Origin: Candidatus Onthomorpha intestinigallinarum
Lineage (GTDB): Bacteria > Bacteroidota > Bacteroidia > Bacteroidales > P3
Reading direction: 5' to 3'
Length of the DNA stretch: 34,049 nucleotides
Assembly (NCBI GenBank): GCA_019114015.1
Contig: DXGG01000071.1
Coordinates: 1 to 34,049 of the forward strand
Part shown: in pieces, positions 11,401 through 20,259 of the stretch
How the letters are laid out: each line of letters opens with the position of its first letter
Numbering within the stretch: the stretch's first letter is position 1
The notes under the pieces: model-generated
Told to the model about the DNA's origin: nothing
What the model saw: only the letters and a program-made list of their open reading frames with translations
Databases searched by the model: none
Translations under genes and position numbers: made by a program

Positions 11401-12849
11401 ATGAAAACCTTGATTAAGTTGAATTGTTTCTTGATTCTGATTTTTTGTGTTCAGATTTCATTTGCTCAAAACAAAGTTCTGTCCGACGATGTTACGGTAG
11501 GACTGCATAAAGTCGAACAGGGAGAGACCTTGTACAGCATTTCCAAAAGGTTTTTCCTTTCCGTATCAGATGTAACGGAGGTAAACATAGGTCTGACGGC
11601 CGAGAACCTGAAAGCAGGTCAGATAATAAAGATACCGATTACTGTTCGCAACAAGGAACTGTTCAATGAAAAAGAGTCTCAACTGACTGCTGTCGACAAC
11701 AATACTTTTCTGGTAAAGAAAAAACATGCAAAAAAAGTCGATAAGTCCACAAAAATAAACGTAGCCGTACTGTTGCCGCTGAATTATGAAGAAGTGGACA
11801 AACTGACTTTTACAAAGTTCAACATTGATGAGAAAAAACGTTTGAAATACAAATGTTTTGAATACATCAACTTCTATGAGGGCTTGAGGATTGCCCTGGA
11901 TGTTCTGGAAAAAGAAGGGTACAAGGTGGACTGTTATGTTTACGACGTGGGTGAAAACGACATAAACAAAATGCAACAGGCTCTTCAGGCAAAGGAAATG
12001 GAAGACATGGATCTTATCATTCCTCTCGTTTTCAAACAGCCGTTTTCCATTGCGGCCGAATTTGCCCGAGACAACGAAATACCGATAGTCAATCCGATGA
12101 GTACTGATTTGTCTATATTGGACAACAATTATGTGTTCAAGATTCAGCCTTCACAGGCTGCGGAGGTTGAAACGGTAGTCAGACTGTTGAGGAAAAACTT
12201 CAGTCACTCCAAAGTCATAGTCTTGTATGACAACAATCCGCAAATACAATCCATGGTGAAGTATTACGAGTTGCTTCTCTCGAAGGGGTCGGCACCGTAT
12301 GTGCTCATGGATTACAACAAATATTCCGCAAGAATAGCGAATCAGTTGTCTTCTTCCGATGGCAATGTGGTCATAAATTTGGTTGACAAGGGCAACATGA
12401 GGGAAAACGAATCCTATGCCAAAAGACTGTGCAAGATATTTGCATCCAAGCCCGAAGCTGACATAGTTTTGTTTGCCGATTATACGTGGATGGAATTCCC
12501 GACCTTCGACTTGACTCTGTTGGACAAATACCGTTTCCATTTTGTTTTGAGTTATTTGAACGATTATTCCAATCCCGACTTTGTGAATTTTGTGAAAATA
12601 TTCAGAGAGCATTTCAAGACCGAACCGGATAAAATATATGCGGCATTGGGATATGACATAATGATATATTTTGTTCGCAGCCTCATAGAAAACGGAGAAG
12701 ATTTCATGTCGGAACCAAACATGGATGATACTAAAACGATGATAAGTCCGTTCCGTTTCGAGAGAAAGGATGAAACAAAGGGATATCAGAACAAGATGAC
12801 GACGATATACGCGATTGAAAACTACAAGATAAAATCTATTGGAAGATAA
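11401..12849 (+). CDS. Secreted LysM domain protein fused to a type-1 periplasmic-binding-protein-like (LivK-like) domain
   Basis: Signal peptide ending SFA/Q. LysM segment HKVEQGETLYSISKRFFLSVSDVTEVN...GQIIKIPI. Then PBP1-like landmarks INVAVLLPLN, FYEGLRIALD, IPIVNPMS. The fold assignment of the C-terminal part is by eye only. Confidence 0.65.
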   Translation: MKTLIKLNCFLILIFCVQISFAQNKVLSDDVTVGLHKVEQGETLYSISKRFFLSVSDVTEVNIGLTAENLKAGQIIKIPITVRNKELFNEKESQLTAVDNNTFLVKKKHAKKVDKSTKINVAVLLPLNYEEVDKLTFTKFNIDEKKRLKYKCFEYINFYEGLRIALDVLEKEGYKVDCYVYDVGENDINKMQQALQAKEMEDMDLIIPLVFKQPFSIAAEFARDNEIPIVNPMSTDLSILDNNYVFKIQPSQAAEVETVVRLLRKNFSHSKVIVLYDNNPQIQSMVKYYELLLSKGSAPYVLMDYNKYSARIANQLSSSDGNVVINLVDKGNMRENESYAKRLCKIFASKPEADIVLFADYTWMEFPTFDLTLLDKYRFHFVLSYLNDYSNPDFVNFVKIFREHFKTEPDKIYAALGYDIMIYFVRSLIENGEDFMSEPNMDDTKTMISPFRFERKDETKGYQNKMTTIYAIENYKIKSIGR

Positions 12850-12851
12850 AG

Positions 12852-15560
12852 ATGAGCAGGATTAGGAATTTGATGTTTGTTTTGTTTTCTATACCGTTTT
12901 TCATGCAGATTCAAGCCCAAGGAGACAGCATAAAAACGGGGATTGTTCACGATTTGAGCAAGAGTCATTTCGAGTTGAAAAATTTCGACAAGGAAAAAAA
13001 CAATATCGACACATCTCCCATTTATTTCGAACTTGACAACGAGAAACTTCAATCCGGAAGAATTATACTTAATCTTTCGACCTTGAAGCAGGAAGACATA
13101 AACATAAGTTGGCAAAACTATTCGAGCAAATCCTCAAGGGCCCGTTGGGTATCGAAATTGCAATACAGGCTTTCGGAAGACGATGATTGGAAAGACGTAT
13201 TGGATTCACGCTCGAGGCCATACGAGTTTTACACAAACAGAAGACGATATACAAAAAATTTCAGCAAGGCTTATCTCCCCAAGGAATGCAACGACAAGGA
13301 ATTCGTTCAAGTTTCGTGGAAGTTGTACAAGATAGGAGGACGGGGAGTCAATCCTCAGATAAAAACAAGAAACATAAAGGTTTTGTCAAACACCGATCCA
13401 TACATGGGATTATCGGCCGAAATAACCCCGATAGTGCATAAGGGAAAAGAATACGAAAAAGTCGACAAATTAATTTTCAATCACATACCTCTGCCTTATA
13501 CTTATCCTGAAACGATTCGAATGAGAATAACAGGCAAACATATAAGAGAGAATGTAACACTGGAGATAAGCGGCAAGGACAAGGATGTGTTCAGCATAGA
13601 TTCAAAAACAACAGACATAACAAAAACGAGCAAGACGGTAGTTGTGAAGTATGCTCCAAAAAAAGAAGGGGTTCATAAGGCAGTGCTTACAATAAATACC
13701 AAAAAACTACCGAATCCCATACATATACCTTTGGAGGGTTCATGTCTTAATGCGGTTGACTTTCAAAAAAACTTGCTAAGTCCCGATTCCGTGTCGAGTG
13801 CAAACGTCTCATACGCTGCCGGAGTTTTTTCTCACAAGGAATATCAGTTCAGGTTGAAAATAAAAGACGTCGACAACTCTGTCGAATCAATCGAAAAGGG
13901 AAAAATAGAAACAGGAATAAAAGTAAAATACAGGTGGTTAAGGGATTCGGAAATATTGTTCGAAATGTCGGACAGGGTAAAGACGGATTCGTATTGCGTC
14001 CCTTTACAATCGCCTATGACCTCCAACAGACTGGAAATAGAAATAGAGAATCCCGACCGGTTTACCTTGACGGACCTTTATTTCGGTTTGCCGAAGCCGA
14101 GACGGGTTATCAAATCGGGCAACTGGGATGATCCCGAAATATGGGAAAACAGGCAAAGACCGACGATAGAGGACGTTGTTTACATAAGCGACAGTTGCAA
14201 TGTGGAGGTGAATACGGATGTCATGTGTGCCATGTTGGTTTTGGGAGACAAGGTAAACGTAGACATAAACACCGGAAAGATATTTTACATTTCGGGAAAC
14301 ATAATATACGGCAAGCAATCATATTTCACAGTGCATCAATATCTGATTCCCAACAAATGGAACTACATATCTTCTCCGGTAAACAAGACAAAAGCGTTGA
14401 TATACTCCATGATAGACGACAACAACGAAACCTGGCTGATGAAATACAACACAGGCGTAATGAGCAAACACGGAGATTATTGGAGCGAATATCTTACCGA
14501 CCCGAATTATGACATAGAAGCCGCAAGAGGATATGCAGTCTATACCCATAAACCGCTAAATGTGAAATACGAAGGAATATTGTGCGACAGCAGAACAACA
14601 TTCACCCTTGTTACAAAAAACCATGACAAATGGAATCTTCTGGGCAATCCGTTTACCGCCCCTTTAAGTACGAAAAAACTCTTTGAAGACGTGGACGGAA
14701 AGATACAAGGCAACGCCATTTTCCTGCTCGACAGGGAAAACAAGGTATATAACCCCATCATTGTGGACTCCAACGAAGATGTCATGATACCTTCGCTCGA
14801 ATCGTTTTTCGTTGAAGCAATCAGAGACGGAAGCGAAATAACCTTCAAGAGAAGTCACCAATACATTCCCAAAACAGGCAGGCAGTCTTTGGTCAATCAC
14901 AACTACCTCAACCTTTCCGCAAGCGTGGATGGCAAGACGCAATACGCTCTTATGGGCATGATAGACAATGCTTCCTATGACTTTGACGAATACGATGCAC
15001 ACAAAATGTTCGGAACCAACGAAGAAATGGCGGAAATATACTTCCTCGTAGGCGAACAGGAGTTATCCGTCAACACCTTCCCGGGATATCCCGCATGCTT
15101 TGACGTAGGCCTTTATATAGGTCAGCCGGCCAAAACAGAATTATCTCTGAACAATCTTTCCGTTCTGCCTCAAAACATCGTTGTATTGCTCGAAGACAAG
15201 GACGAAGGCAGATTTTATGACATGTGCAAGGGCGAAAACATAGTCACAGACCTTAAAAGCGGAACGACTAACGACAAATACAGAATTCATCTGAACAAAG
15301 CAATAAACATATACGAGATACATCCTGAATATTCGGGAATATATCTATGGCAGGACAATGGAAGAATACTGGTTTACTCGGACCAGATAAACGAACTGCA
15401 AACAATAAGGTTATGGGACAAAAACCATAATCTTGTGGATGAAAAAACATTCGGCAATAAAGTTGTCGTATTTGACAAAGACATGGAACCGGGCCGCTAT
15501 ACAGTCGATTTGAACGTCGAGGACAAGTGGATTACGGACTTCATTGTTGAAATAAAGTGA
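12852..15560 (+). CDS. Large secreted protein with Ig-like (choice-of-anchor-D/ASH-like) region and a probable degenerate T9SS C-terminal sorting domain
   Basis: 902 aa with a signal peptide ending IQA/QG. Ig-like segment: ITGKHIRENVTLEISGKDKDVFSID...GVHKAVLTINT...IPLEGSC. An SGNWDDPEIWE motif, common in Bacteroidota surface proteins, is present. The last ~75 aa (IHPEYSGIYLW...IRLWDKNHNLVDEKTF...GRYTVDLNVEDKWITDFIVEIK) resemble a type-A Por secretion tail. The ATG lies 2 nt after the upstream stop. Confidence 0.55.
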   Translation: MSRIRNLMFVLFSIPFFMQIQAQGDSIKTGIVHDLSKSHFELKNFDKEKNNIDTSPIYFELDNEKLQSGRIILNLSTLKQEDINISWQNYSSKSSRARWVSKLQYRLSEDDDWKDVLDSRSRPYEFYTNRRRYTKNFSKAYLPKECNDKEFVQVSWKLYKIGGRGVNPQIKTRNIKVLSNTDPYMGLSAEITPIVHKGKEYEKVDKLIFNHIPLPYTYPETIRMRITGKHIRENVTLEISGKDKDVFSIDSKTTDITKTSKTVVVKYAPKKEGVHKAVLTINTKKLPNPIHIPLEGSCLNAVDFQKNLLSPDSVSSANVSYAAGVFSHKEYQFRLKIKDVDNSVESIEKGKIETGIKVKYRWLRDSEILFEMSDRVKTDSYCVPLQSPMTSNRLEIEIENPDRFTLTDLYFGLPKPRRVIKSGNWDDPEIWENRQRPTIEDVVYISDSCNVEVNTDVMCAMLVLGDKVNVDINTGKIFYISGNIIYGKQSYFTVHQYLIPNKWNYISSPVNKTKALIYSMIDDNNETWLMKYNTGVMSKHGDYWSEYLTDPNYDIEAARGYAVYTHKPLNVKYEGILCDSRTTFTLVTKNHDKWNLLGNPFTAPLSTKKLFEDVDGKIQGNAIFLLDRENKVYNPIIVDSNEDVMIPSLESFFVEAIRDGSEITFKRSHQYIPKTGRQSLVNHNYLNLSASVDGKTQYALMGMIDNASYDFDEYDAHKMFGTNEEMAEIYFLVGEQELSVNTFPGYPACFDVGLYIGQPAKTELSLNNLSVLPQNIVVLLEDKDEGRFYDMCKGENIVTDLKSGTTNDKYRIHLNKAINIYEIHPEYSGIYLWQDNGRILVYSDQINELQTIRLWDKNHNLVDEKTFGNKVVVFDKDMEPGRYTVDLNVEDKWITDFIVEIK

Positions 15561-17842
15561 TGGAATCAATGAAACGATTTAACCTGTTATTCATTTTAAT
15601 TTTTCTCTTTCTCTCTTTACCGGTCTGTTTCGGACAGACAGGTTCAATAATCAAATTGTTGGAAAAAGGAGACTATTCCCAAGCTTTCGAGAAATTGCAG
15701 ACAGCTTACAAGGATACTGCAAACACCGAACGATACAGCCTGCTTTATTCTTATTATTCCGACAAAAACAATCCCGACAGGAATCCGTTCAAGGCCTATT
15801 ATTACGCACAACAAAACAATCGGTTCGACAATTCGGAGAAAATAGAACTGGAAACACTGAGCAGGCAAACCCTCGACGAATTTTACAAATCCAAAGACAT
15901 AGATGCCTTGAAGGAATACGTCCTGTGCTTCCGTGAGGAAACCGTGTATGCAAAAGAGGCTCAACGTTTGCTTGAACAGTTCGCATTCGAAAAGGTACAA
16001 CAACTGAATACCATTGAAGCATACGAACAATACATAAAGGAATACCCGCAGGCCGTACAATCAAGTTTGGCAAAACAGTCCATGGACGAGTTGATTGTAA
16101 GCAAGGTATTGGACAGTGACGATTTGAATGTATTGGAAGCTTTTGTCGCCACCTCCGACAAGCAGGAATATGTTGCCAAGGCACAGGAAAAAATTGAAAA
16201 AATAATATTTACAAAGGCCTTGGAGACAAACACACCCGAGGCTTATGCGGATTACTTGGATCGCTATCCTCGGGGAAGATACAAAAAACTGGTAGAAGAA
16301 AGACTTGAAGATGTATTGTATTCCCAAGTGATGAGTTCGGACAGGATTTCCGATTATACGGTGTTCGTAAACACCTATACCGAACATCCTAAGTACACTT
16401 CGGTTCTGGACAAACTGAAAAGACTGACTTTCCAACGGCTGTCGATGGAAGGAATGCAAACTCTTTTGACCATTACCCAAGATTCCAACATGCTGAACGA
16501 TTTCGCAAAACAATACCTTAAAGACACAAGGAAACAAACCATAGACAGATTCCTTTCCTACTTCCCTTATATGAAGGCGAGTTCCGTTGTAACCAAAGCG
16601 GAAAAAGACGGAAAAAACATAGACAAACTCTTGTCCAAAACAAGCATAACCAAAGAAGATGCAAGACAAAACAGAACACTCTTCCTTCAGAAAGACAATT
16701 TACATTCCTGCAAACTGCTGCAAAAGTACATAAAACAGACAATCAAAAACAAAACATCCCTGAATCTGCCCGAAAATTCCATAATGCGCAATTACTATCA
16801 GTCCGACAGACTGCCCGTTTCTTTCCTTGCCAAAGAGTTTCCTCTCGCAAGGGAACTGAAACTGAAAGACAGCGAGGTGTTCTCCATGTATTCAAAAGAA
16901 GGATATGACCCGCGTTCGGAAGAAAGAAATCGAGACATCTATCATAAAAGAACAAACTCTTGGCAAACGACCGATACACTGCTTCTTCCTGACAACATAA
17001 ACAGCCGTTACAACGAGGTCAATCCACTGCTAACAGAGGATAAAAAGACCATTTTCTTCAGCTCTGACAACGGAGTGAATCACGGAGGCTTGGACATATA
17101 CCTTTCTCACAGAAGAGATACTAATTCATGGGACAATTGGAGCGAACCGATTCTGCTCGGCTCAAACATAAATTCCGACAAGGATGACGTCATTATCGAA
17201 ATAGACGGCAACGAATTGGTGGTCGAATCAGACACCACGCACAACAGGAAAGTTTTTGTAATGAATGAACGTCTTGAATTTACGGACGGGTATCTGTTGA
17301 ACCAAAACGGAGACTTCCTGAAAGGAGAAATAATACTGCTGGATTCCGCAACGCTGGATACTCTCTTCATAACAGCTACCAACGACAAGGGTTATTTTGC
17401 CTATCTGAAGCCTTCAACACCATATATAGCATATTCGCACATGGAAAATTGCATAAGCTTTTTCCCTGAGGACAATTCACAGGTGACGGTACAAAGCATA
17501 GAGGAGTTGATTTCCTCAAAAAAACTGTATCTTATTGAAAGTCCTTTCAGCGATAAAAAACCTACGGAATTCACTCCAGAAGGAAAAAGGCAATTGGAAT
17601 ATTTCGCAAAAAGCATCAGACAACTCAATTACATGACTACCGTATCGGTACATGTCCATTCGGGAAACAAGAAAACCGACAAGCAGGAGCTGTCGGATAT
17701 TCAGGCGGAAAAAATCTCCAAACTGTTAATCGCAAACGGAGTGAACAAAACGAAAATAATTGTCCTCGGCTACGGAGACACCCGTCCCGTAATAGGCTGG
17801 GAAAACAAAAACAGACTGGAAATAGGTTTTCTGAACAGGTAA
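15560..17842 (+). CDS. OmpA-family envelope protein with TPR-like repeats, PD40/TolB-like repeats, a CarboxypepD_reg-like domain and a C-terminal OmpA_C-like domain (PorE-like architecture)
   Basis: The signal peptide is ...LSLPVCFG/QTG, which could be SPI or a lipobox. Five ~35-40-aa helical repeats of the type xxEAYxxYLxxYPxxxY are present. PD40-like segment: NEVNPLLTEDKKTIFFSSDN...GGLDIYLSHR. CRD-like segment: GYLLNQNGDFLKGEIILLDSAT...TNDKGYFAY. OmpA-like end: LSDIQAEKISKLLIANGV...VLGYGDTRPV...NRLEI. The track start is GTG 15557; the ATG at 15560 shares one base with the upstream TGA. Confidence 0.7.
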   Translation: MESMKRFNLLFILIFLFLSLPVCFGQTGSIIKLLEKGDYSQAFEKLQTAYKDTANTERYSLLYSYYSDKNNPDRNPFKAYYYAQQNNRFDNSEKIELETLSRQTLDEFYKSKDIDALKEYVLCFREETVYAKEAQRLLEQFAFEKVQQLNTIEAYEQYIKEYPQAVQSSLAKQSMDELIVSKVLDSDDLNVLEAFVATSDKQEYVAKAQEKIEKIIFTKALETNTPEAYADYLDRYPRGRYKKLVEERLEDVLYSQVMSSDRISDYTVFVNTYTEHPKYTSVLDKLKRLTFQRLSMEGMQTLLTITQDSNMLNDFAKQYLKDTRKQTIDRFLSYFPYMKASSVVTKAEKDGKNIDKLLSKTSITKEDARQNRTLFLQKDNLHSCKLLQKYIKQTIKNKTSLNLPENSIMRNYYQSDRLPVSFLAKEFPLARELKLKDSEVFSMYSKEGYDPRSEERNRDIYHKRTNSWQTTDTLLLPDNINSRYNEVNPLLTEDKKTIFFSSDNGVNHGGLDIYLSHRRDTNSWDNWSEPILLGSNINSDKDDVIIEIDGNELVVESDTTHNRKVFVMNERLEFTDGYLLNQNGDFLKGEIILLDSATLDTLFITATNDKGYFAYLKPSTPYIAYSHMENCISFFPEDNSQVTVQSIEELISSKKLYLIESPFSDKKPTEFTPEGKRQLEYFAKSIRQLNYMTTVSVHVHSGNKKTDKQELSDIQAEKISKLLIANGVNKTKIIVLGYGDTRPVIGWENKNRLEIGFLNR

Positions 17843-17848
17843 ATACGG

Positions 17849-17922
17849 AATCAAATTCCACGGAAATGGAATCAAGTTTCATTTTTTTCAAATCAAATTC
17901 CAGATAAATGAAATCAAGTTTC
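17849..17922 (+). repeat. Two 32-nt imperfect direct repeats spaced 42 nt apart in the intergenic region upstream of the GT-C gene
   Basis: AATCAAATTCCACGGAAATGGAATCAAGTTTC (17849-17880) and AATCAAATTCCAGATAAATGAAATCAAGTTTC (17891-17922) are identical at 28 of 32 positions. CAGATAAAT recurs at 17901 and 17931. Confidence 0.85.
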
Positions 17923-17943
17923 GATAAACGCAGATAAATTTCA

Positions 17944-17951
17944 TATTTTTG
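17944..17951 (+). promoter_or_regulatory. Candidate Bacteroidota -7 promoter box (TAnnTTTG)
   Basis: TATTTTTG matches TAnnTTTG and ends 33 nt upstream of the ATG at 17985. No well-spaced -33 TTTG was seen. Confidence 0.35.
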
Positions 17952-17984
17952 CCTTTGCAGAGGTAATGAAACAAAATTGAACGT

Positions 17985-20243
17985 ATGAAAAAAATTAAAC
18001 GATTTTTCGAGTATTTTTTTGTCGAACCGACAAGGGCGATTAAAGCCGGAAAACTCAATGAAGGGGAAAGCGTTATTTACAGACCCTTGTATGTAGTGCT
18101 GCTTGCGGTTATGTTGGGCACCATGATGATTCTGTCAACCGATGCCGGCATTTCAGGAGACGAACATCTGCATGTAAAGCATGCCAAGGACATATTGAAT
18201 TACTATAAGACCTTAGGAGAAGACAAAACGGCTGCAACCATAACCGCATCGAACAATCTGCCATATTACGGACAGTTGCCCGATACGGTAATATACATAA
18301 TCACCGAACTCTTTTCAATAGACGACTACATGGGATTCAGGCATCTGGTCTGCAGCATCATAGGCTGGATAGGCATATTGTTCGCTTCGCTTCTGGCAAA
18401 AAGGGTCGGAGGATGGCGTGCAGCGGTTTTCACGGCCTTGCTGCTTTTCATATCCCCGCGTTATCTCGGACACTCGTTCAACAATCTGAAGGACATACCC
18501 TTCGCCACAGCATGTATAATGTCGGTTTACTATATGGTCAAATTCCTGGACAATTTGCCAAAGATAAGGCTTTCAACCTCCATAATGCTTGCCCTGTCCA
18601 TAGCATTTGCAACTGCAATAAGGGTCGGAGGATTGCTTATGATGGCATACTTCGGACTGTTCGCACTGCTTTACTACATATACAGACGCAAGGAACTCAA
18701 ACCCGTTTTCACAAAGACTCTGATTTGGTCTTTGGGAATATGTCTTGTTGCATACATCATTGCCGTTCTGGTATGGCCTTACGCTTTGGAAGCCCCTGTA
18801 AGCCATGTTGCGGACACGTTGAAAAACATGAACAAATTCGCTGTAAGCCTGCGTCAGATATTTGAAGGAGAATCCATATGGTCAAACGCTTTGCCGTGGT
18901 ATTATACGCCGAAATACATTCTCATGACCATACCTTTGCTTGTCATACTCGGCTTTGTCTTAAGCGTGGTTTTCATCAGACACAACAGAAAGCAGTGGTT
19001 TCATTATGCAGTTCTGTTTTTTGCATGTATTTTCCCCGTATTCTGGATAGTAATCAACAATTCCAATGTCTATGGAGGTTGGAGACATTCCCTGTTCGTT
19101 TATCCGCCCATGGTGGTTCTGGCAGGATTGGGACTTTCCACGCTTCTGTCTCTGATAAAGAACAAATATGTGAAATATGTAACAGGACTTGCATTCTTAG
19201 TTCTGGCCTTTCATCCTGTCAGACACTGTATTGCCAACCATCCTTACGAATACGTTTATTTCAATCAATTGGTCGGCTCCACCGAATCGGCCTACGGTCA
19301 GTATGAAATGGACTATTACTTCCATTCCTTGCGGGAAGCGTCCGAATGGGTATTGCATAATGCAAAACGGGACGGCAATACGACATCGGACAAGATAATA
19401 GTGGCAAGCTGGCACATGCCGCCGGTGGAATATTATTTCAGAAAGGATACCAACAGATTCAAAACGGCTTTCACGCGTTGGAATGAGAAAGGGGAAACAG
19501 ACTGGGACTATGCAATATTCTGCAATACCGGAATAGAATCCGAGTGTTTGAGGAACAATTATTTCCCGCCTAAAAATACGGTACACAGAATAGAGGTTGA
19601 CGGAAAGCCAATATGTGTCGTTCTGAAAAGGGAGGACAAGAATGATTTTTATGCGACAAATGCCATGAAGGCGAACGATTATGCCAAAGCTAAAGAGCTG
19701 TACTGCAAAGCACTGAAGGCGGACTCTCTGAATGAGACAGCAATAATCAATCTAAGCCAGATATATCTTACGGAGGCTCAAACGGATTCATCCTCTATGA
19801 ACAAACTGGACAGCTGTCTGACATTGCTCGACAGAATGCTGAAATACAATCCTAAAAATGAAACGGCCAATTATTTCAAAGCCTATGCGCTATATTCTGA
19901 TAAACAATTTGAGCAAGCGTTGTCCGTATGCGATTTCATCATTTCAATTAACAGCAAATACTCGGGGGCATACAGTCTTGCTGCAAACATAATGTTGAAT
20001 CAAGGAAACCTTGCAGGGGCGGAGGAATATCTGACAAGAATAATTCATATAGGAAGAGCGGACAATCAGACCGTAAACATGCTTGTATCCATATACATGG
20101 CACAAGGACTGGATCAGGCCAATGCCTATGTGAAACTGTATTCTATTCTGGAAGAATATTATCGCAAGGAAGGAAATGAAAAAATGGCTGAGGAATATGC
20201 CAAGGCCATAGAACAGATAATGCAAAGCATGTATGTAAAATAA
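17985..20243 (+). CDS. Polytopic GT-C-fold (PMT/ArnT-like) glycosyltransferase with C-terminal TPR domain
   Basis: 752 aa. The N-terminal ~550 aa are hydrophobic and multi-spanning, with an acidic DE pair (ISGDEHLH) in the first extracytoplasmic loop, as in PMT/ArnT-type enzymes. The C-terminal ~200 aa contain TPR-like repeats (YAKAKELYCKALKADSLNETAIINLSQIY..., YNPKNETANYFKAYALY..., GAYSLAANIMLNQGNLAGAEEYL). Confidence 0.6.
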   Translation: MKKIKRFFEYFFVEPTRAIKAGKLNEGESVIYRPLYVVLLAVMLGTMMILSTDAGISGDEHLHVKHAKDILNYYKTLGEDKTAATITASNNLPYYGQLPDTVIYIITELFSIDDYMGFRHLVCSIIGWIGILFASLLAKRVGGWRAAVFTALLLFISPRYLGHSFNNLKDIPFATACIMSVYYMVKFLDNLPKIRLSTSIMLALSIAFATAIRVGGLLMMAYFGLFALLYYIYRRKELKPVFTKTLIWSLGICLVAYIIAVLVWPYALEAPVSHVADTLKNMNKFAVSLRQIFEGESIWSNALPWYYTPKYILMTIPLLVILGFVLSVVFIRHNRKQWFHYAVLFFACIFPVFWIVINNSNVYGGWRHSLFVYPPMVVLAGLGLSTLLSLIKNKYVKYVTGLAFLVLAFHPVRHCIANHPYEYVYFNQLVGSTESAYGQYEMDYYFHSLREASEWVLHNAKRDGNTTSDKIIVASWHMPPVEYYFRKDTNRFKTAFTRWNEKGETDWDYAIFCNTGIESECLRNNYFPPKNTVHRIEVDGKPICVVLKREDKNDFYATNAMKANDYAKAKELYCKALKADSLNETAIINLSQIYLTEAQTDSSSMNKLDSCLTLLDRMLKYNPKNETANYFKAYALYSDKQFEQALSVCDFIISINSKYSGAYSLAANIMLNQGNLAGAEEYLTRIIHIGRADNQTVNMLVSIYMAQGLDQANAYVKLYSILEEYYRKEGNEKMAEEYAKAIEQIMQSMYVK

Positions 20244-20259
20244 TAAAACATTAGAACGT

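Noticed and set aside
17979-17990. Identical 12-mer GAACGTATGAAA spanning the start codons of two consecutive genes (17979-17990 and 20254-20265).
   Set aside because: Only six non-start, non-Lys-codon bases are shared (GAACGT). With about 25 genes in the window, a coincidental match between some pair is not very improbable. No other start in the window shares it.
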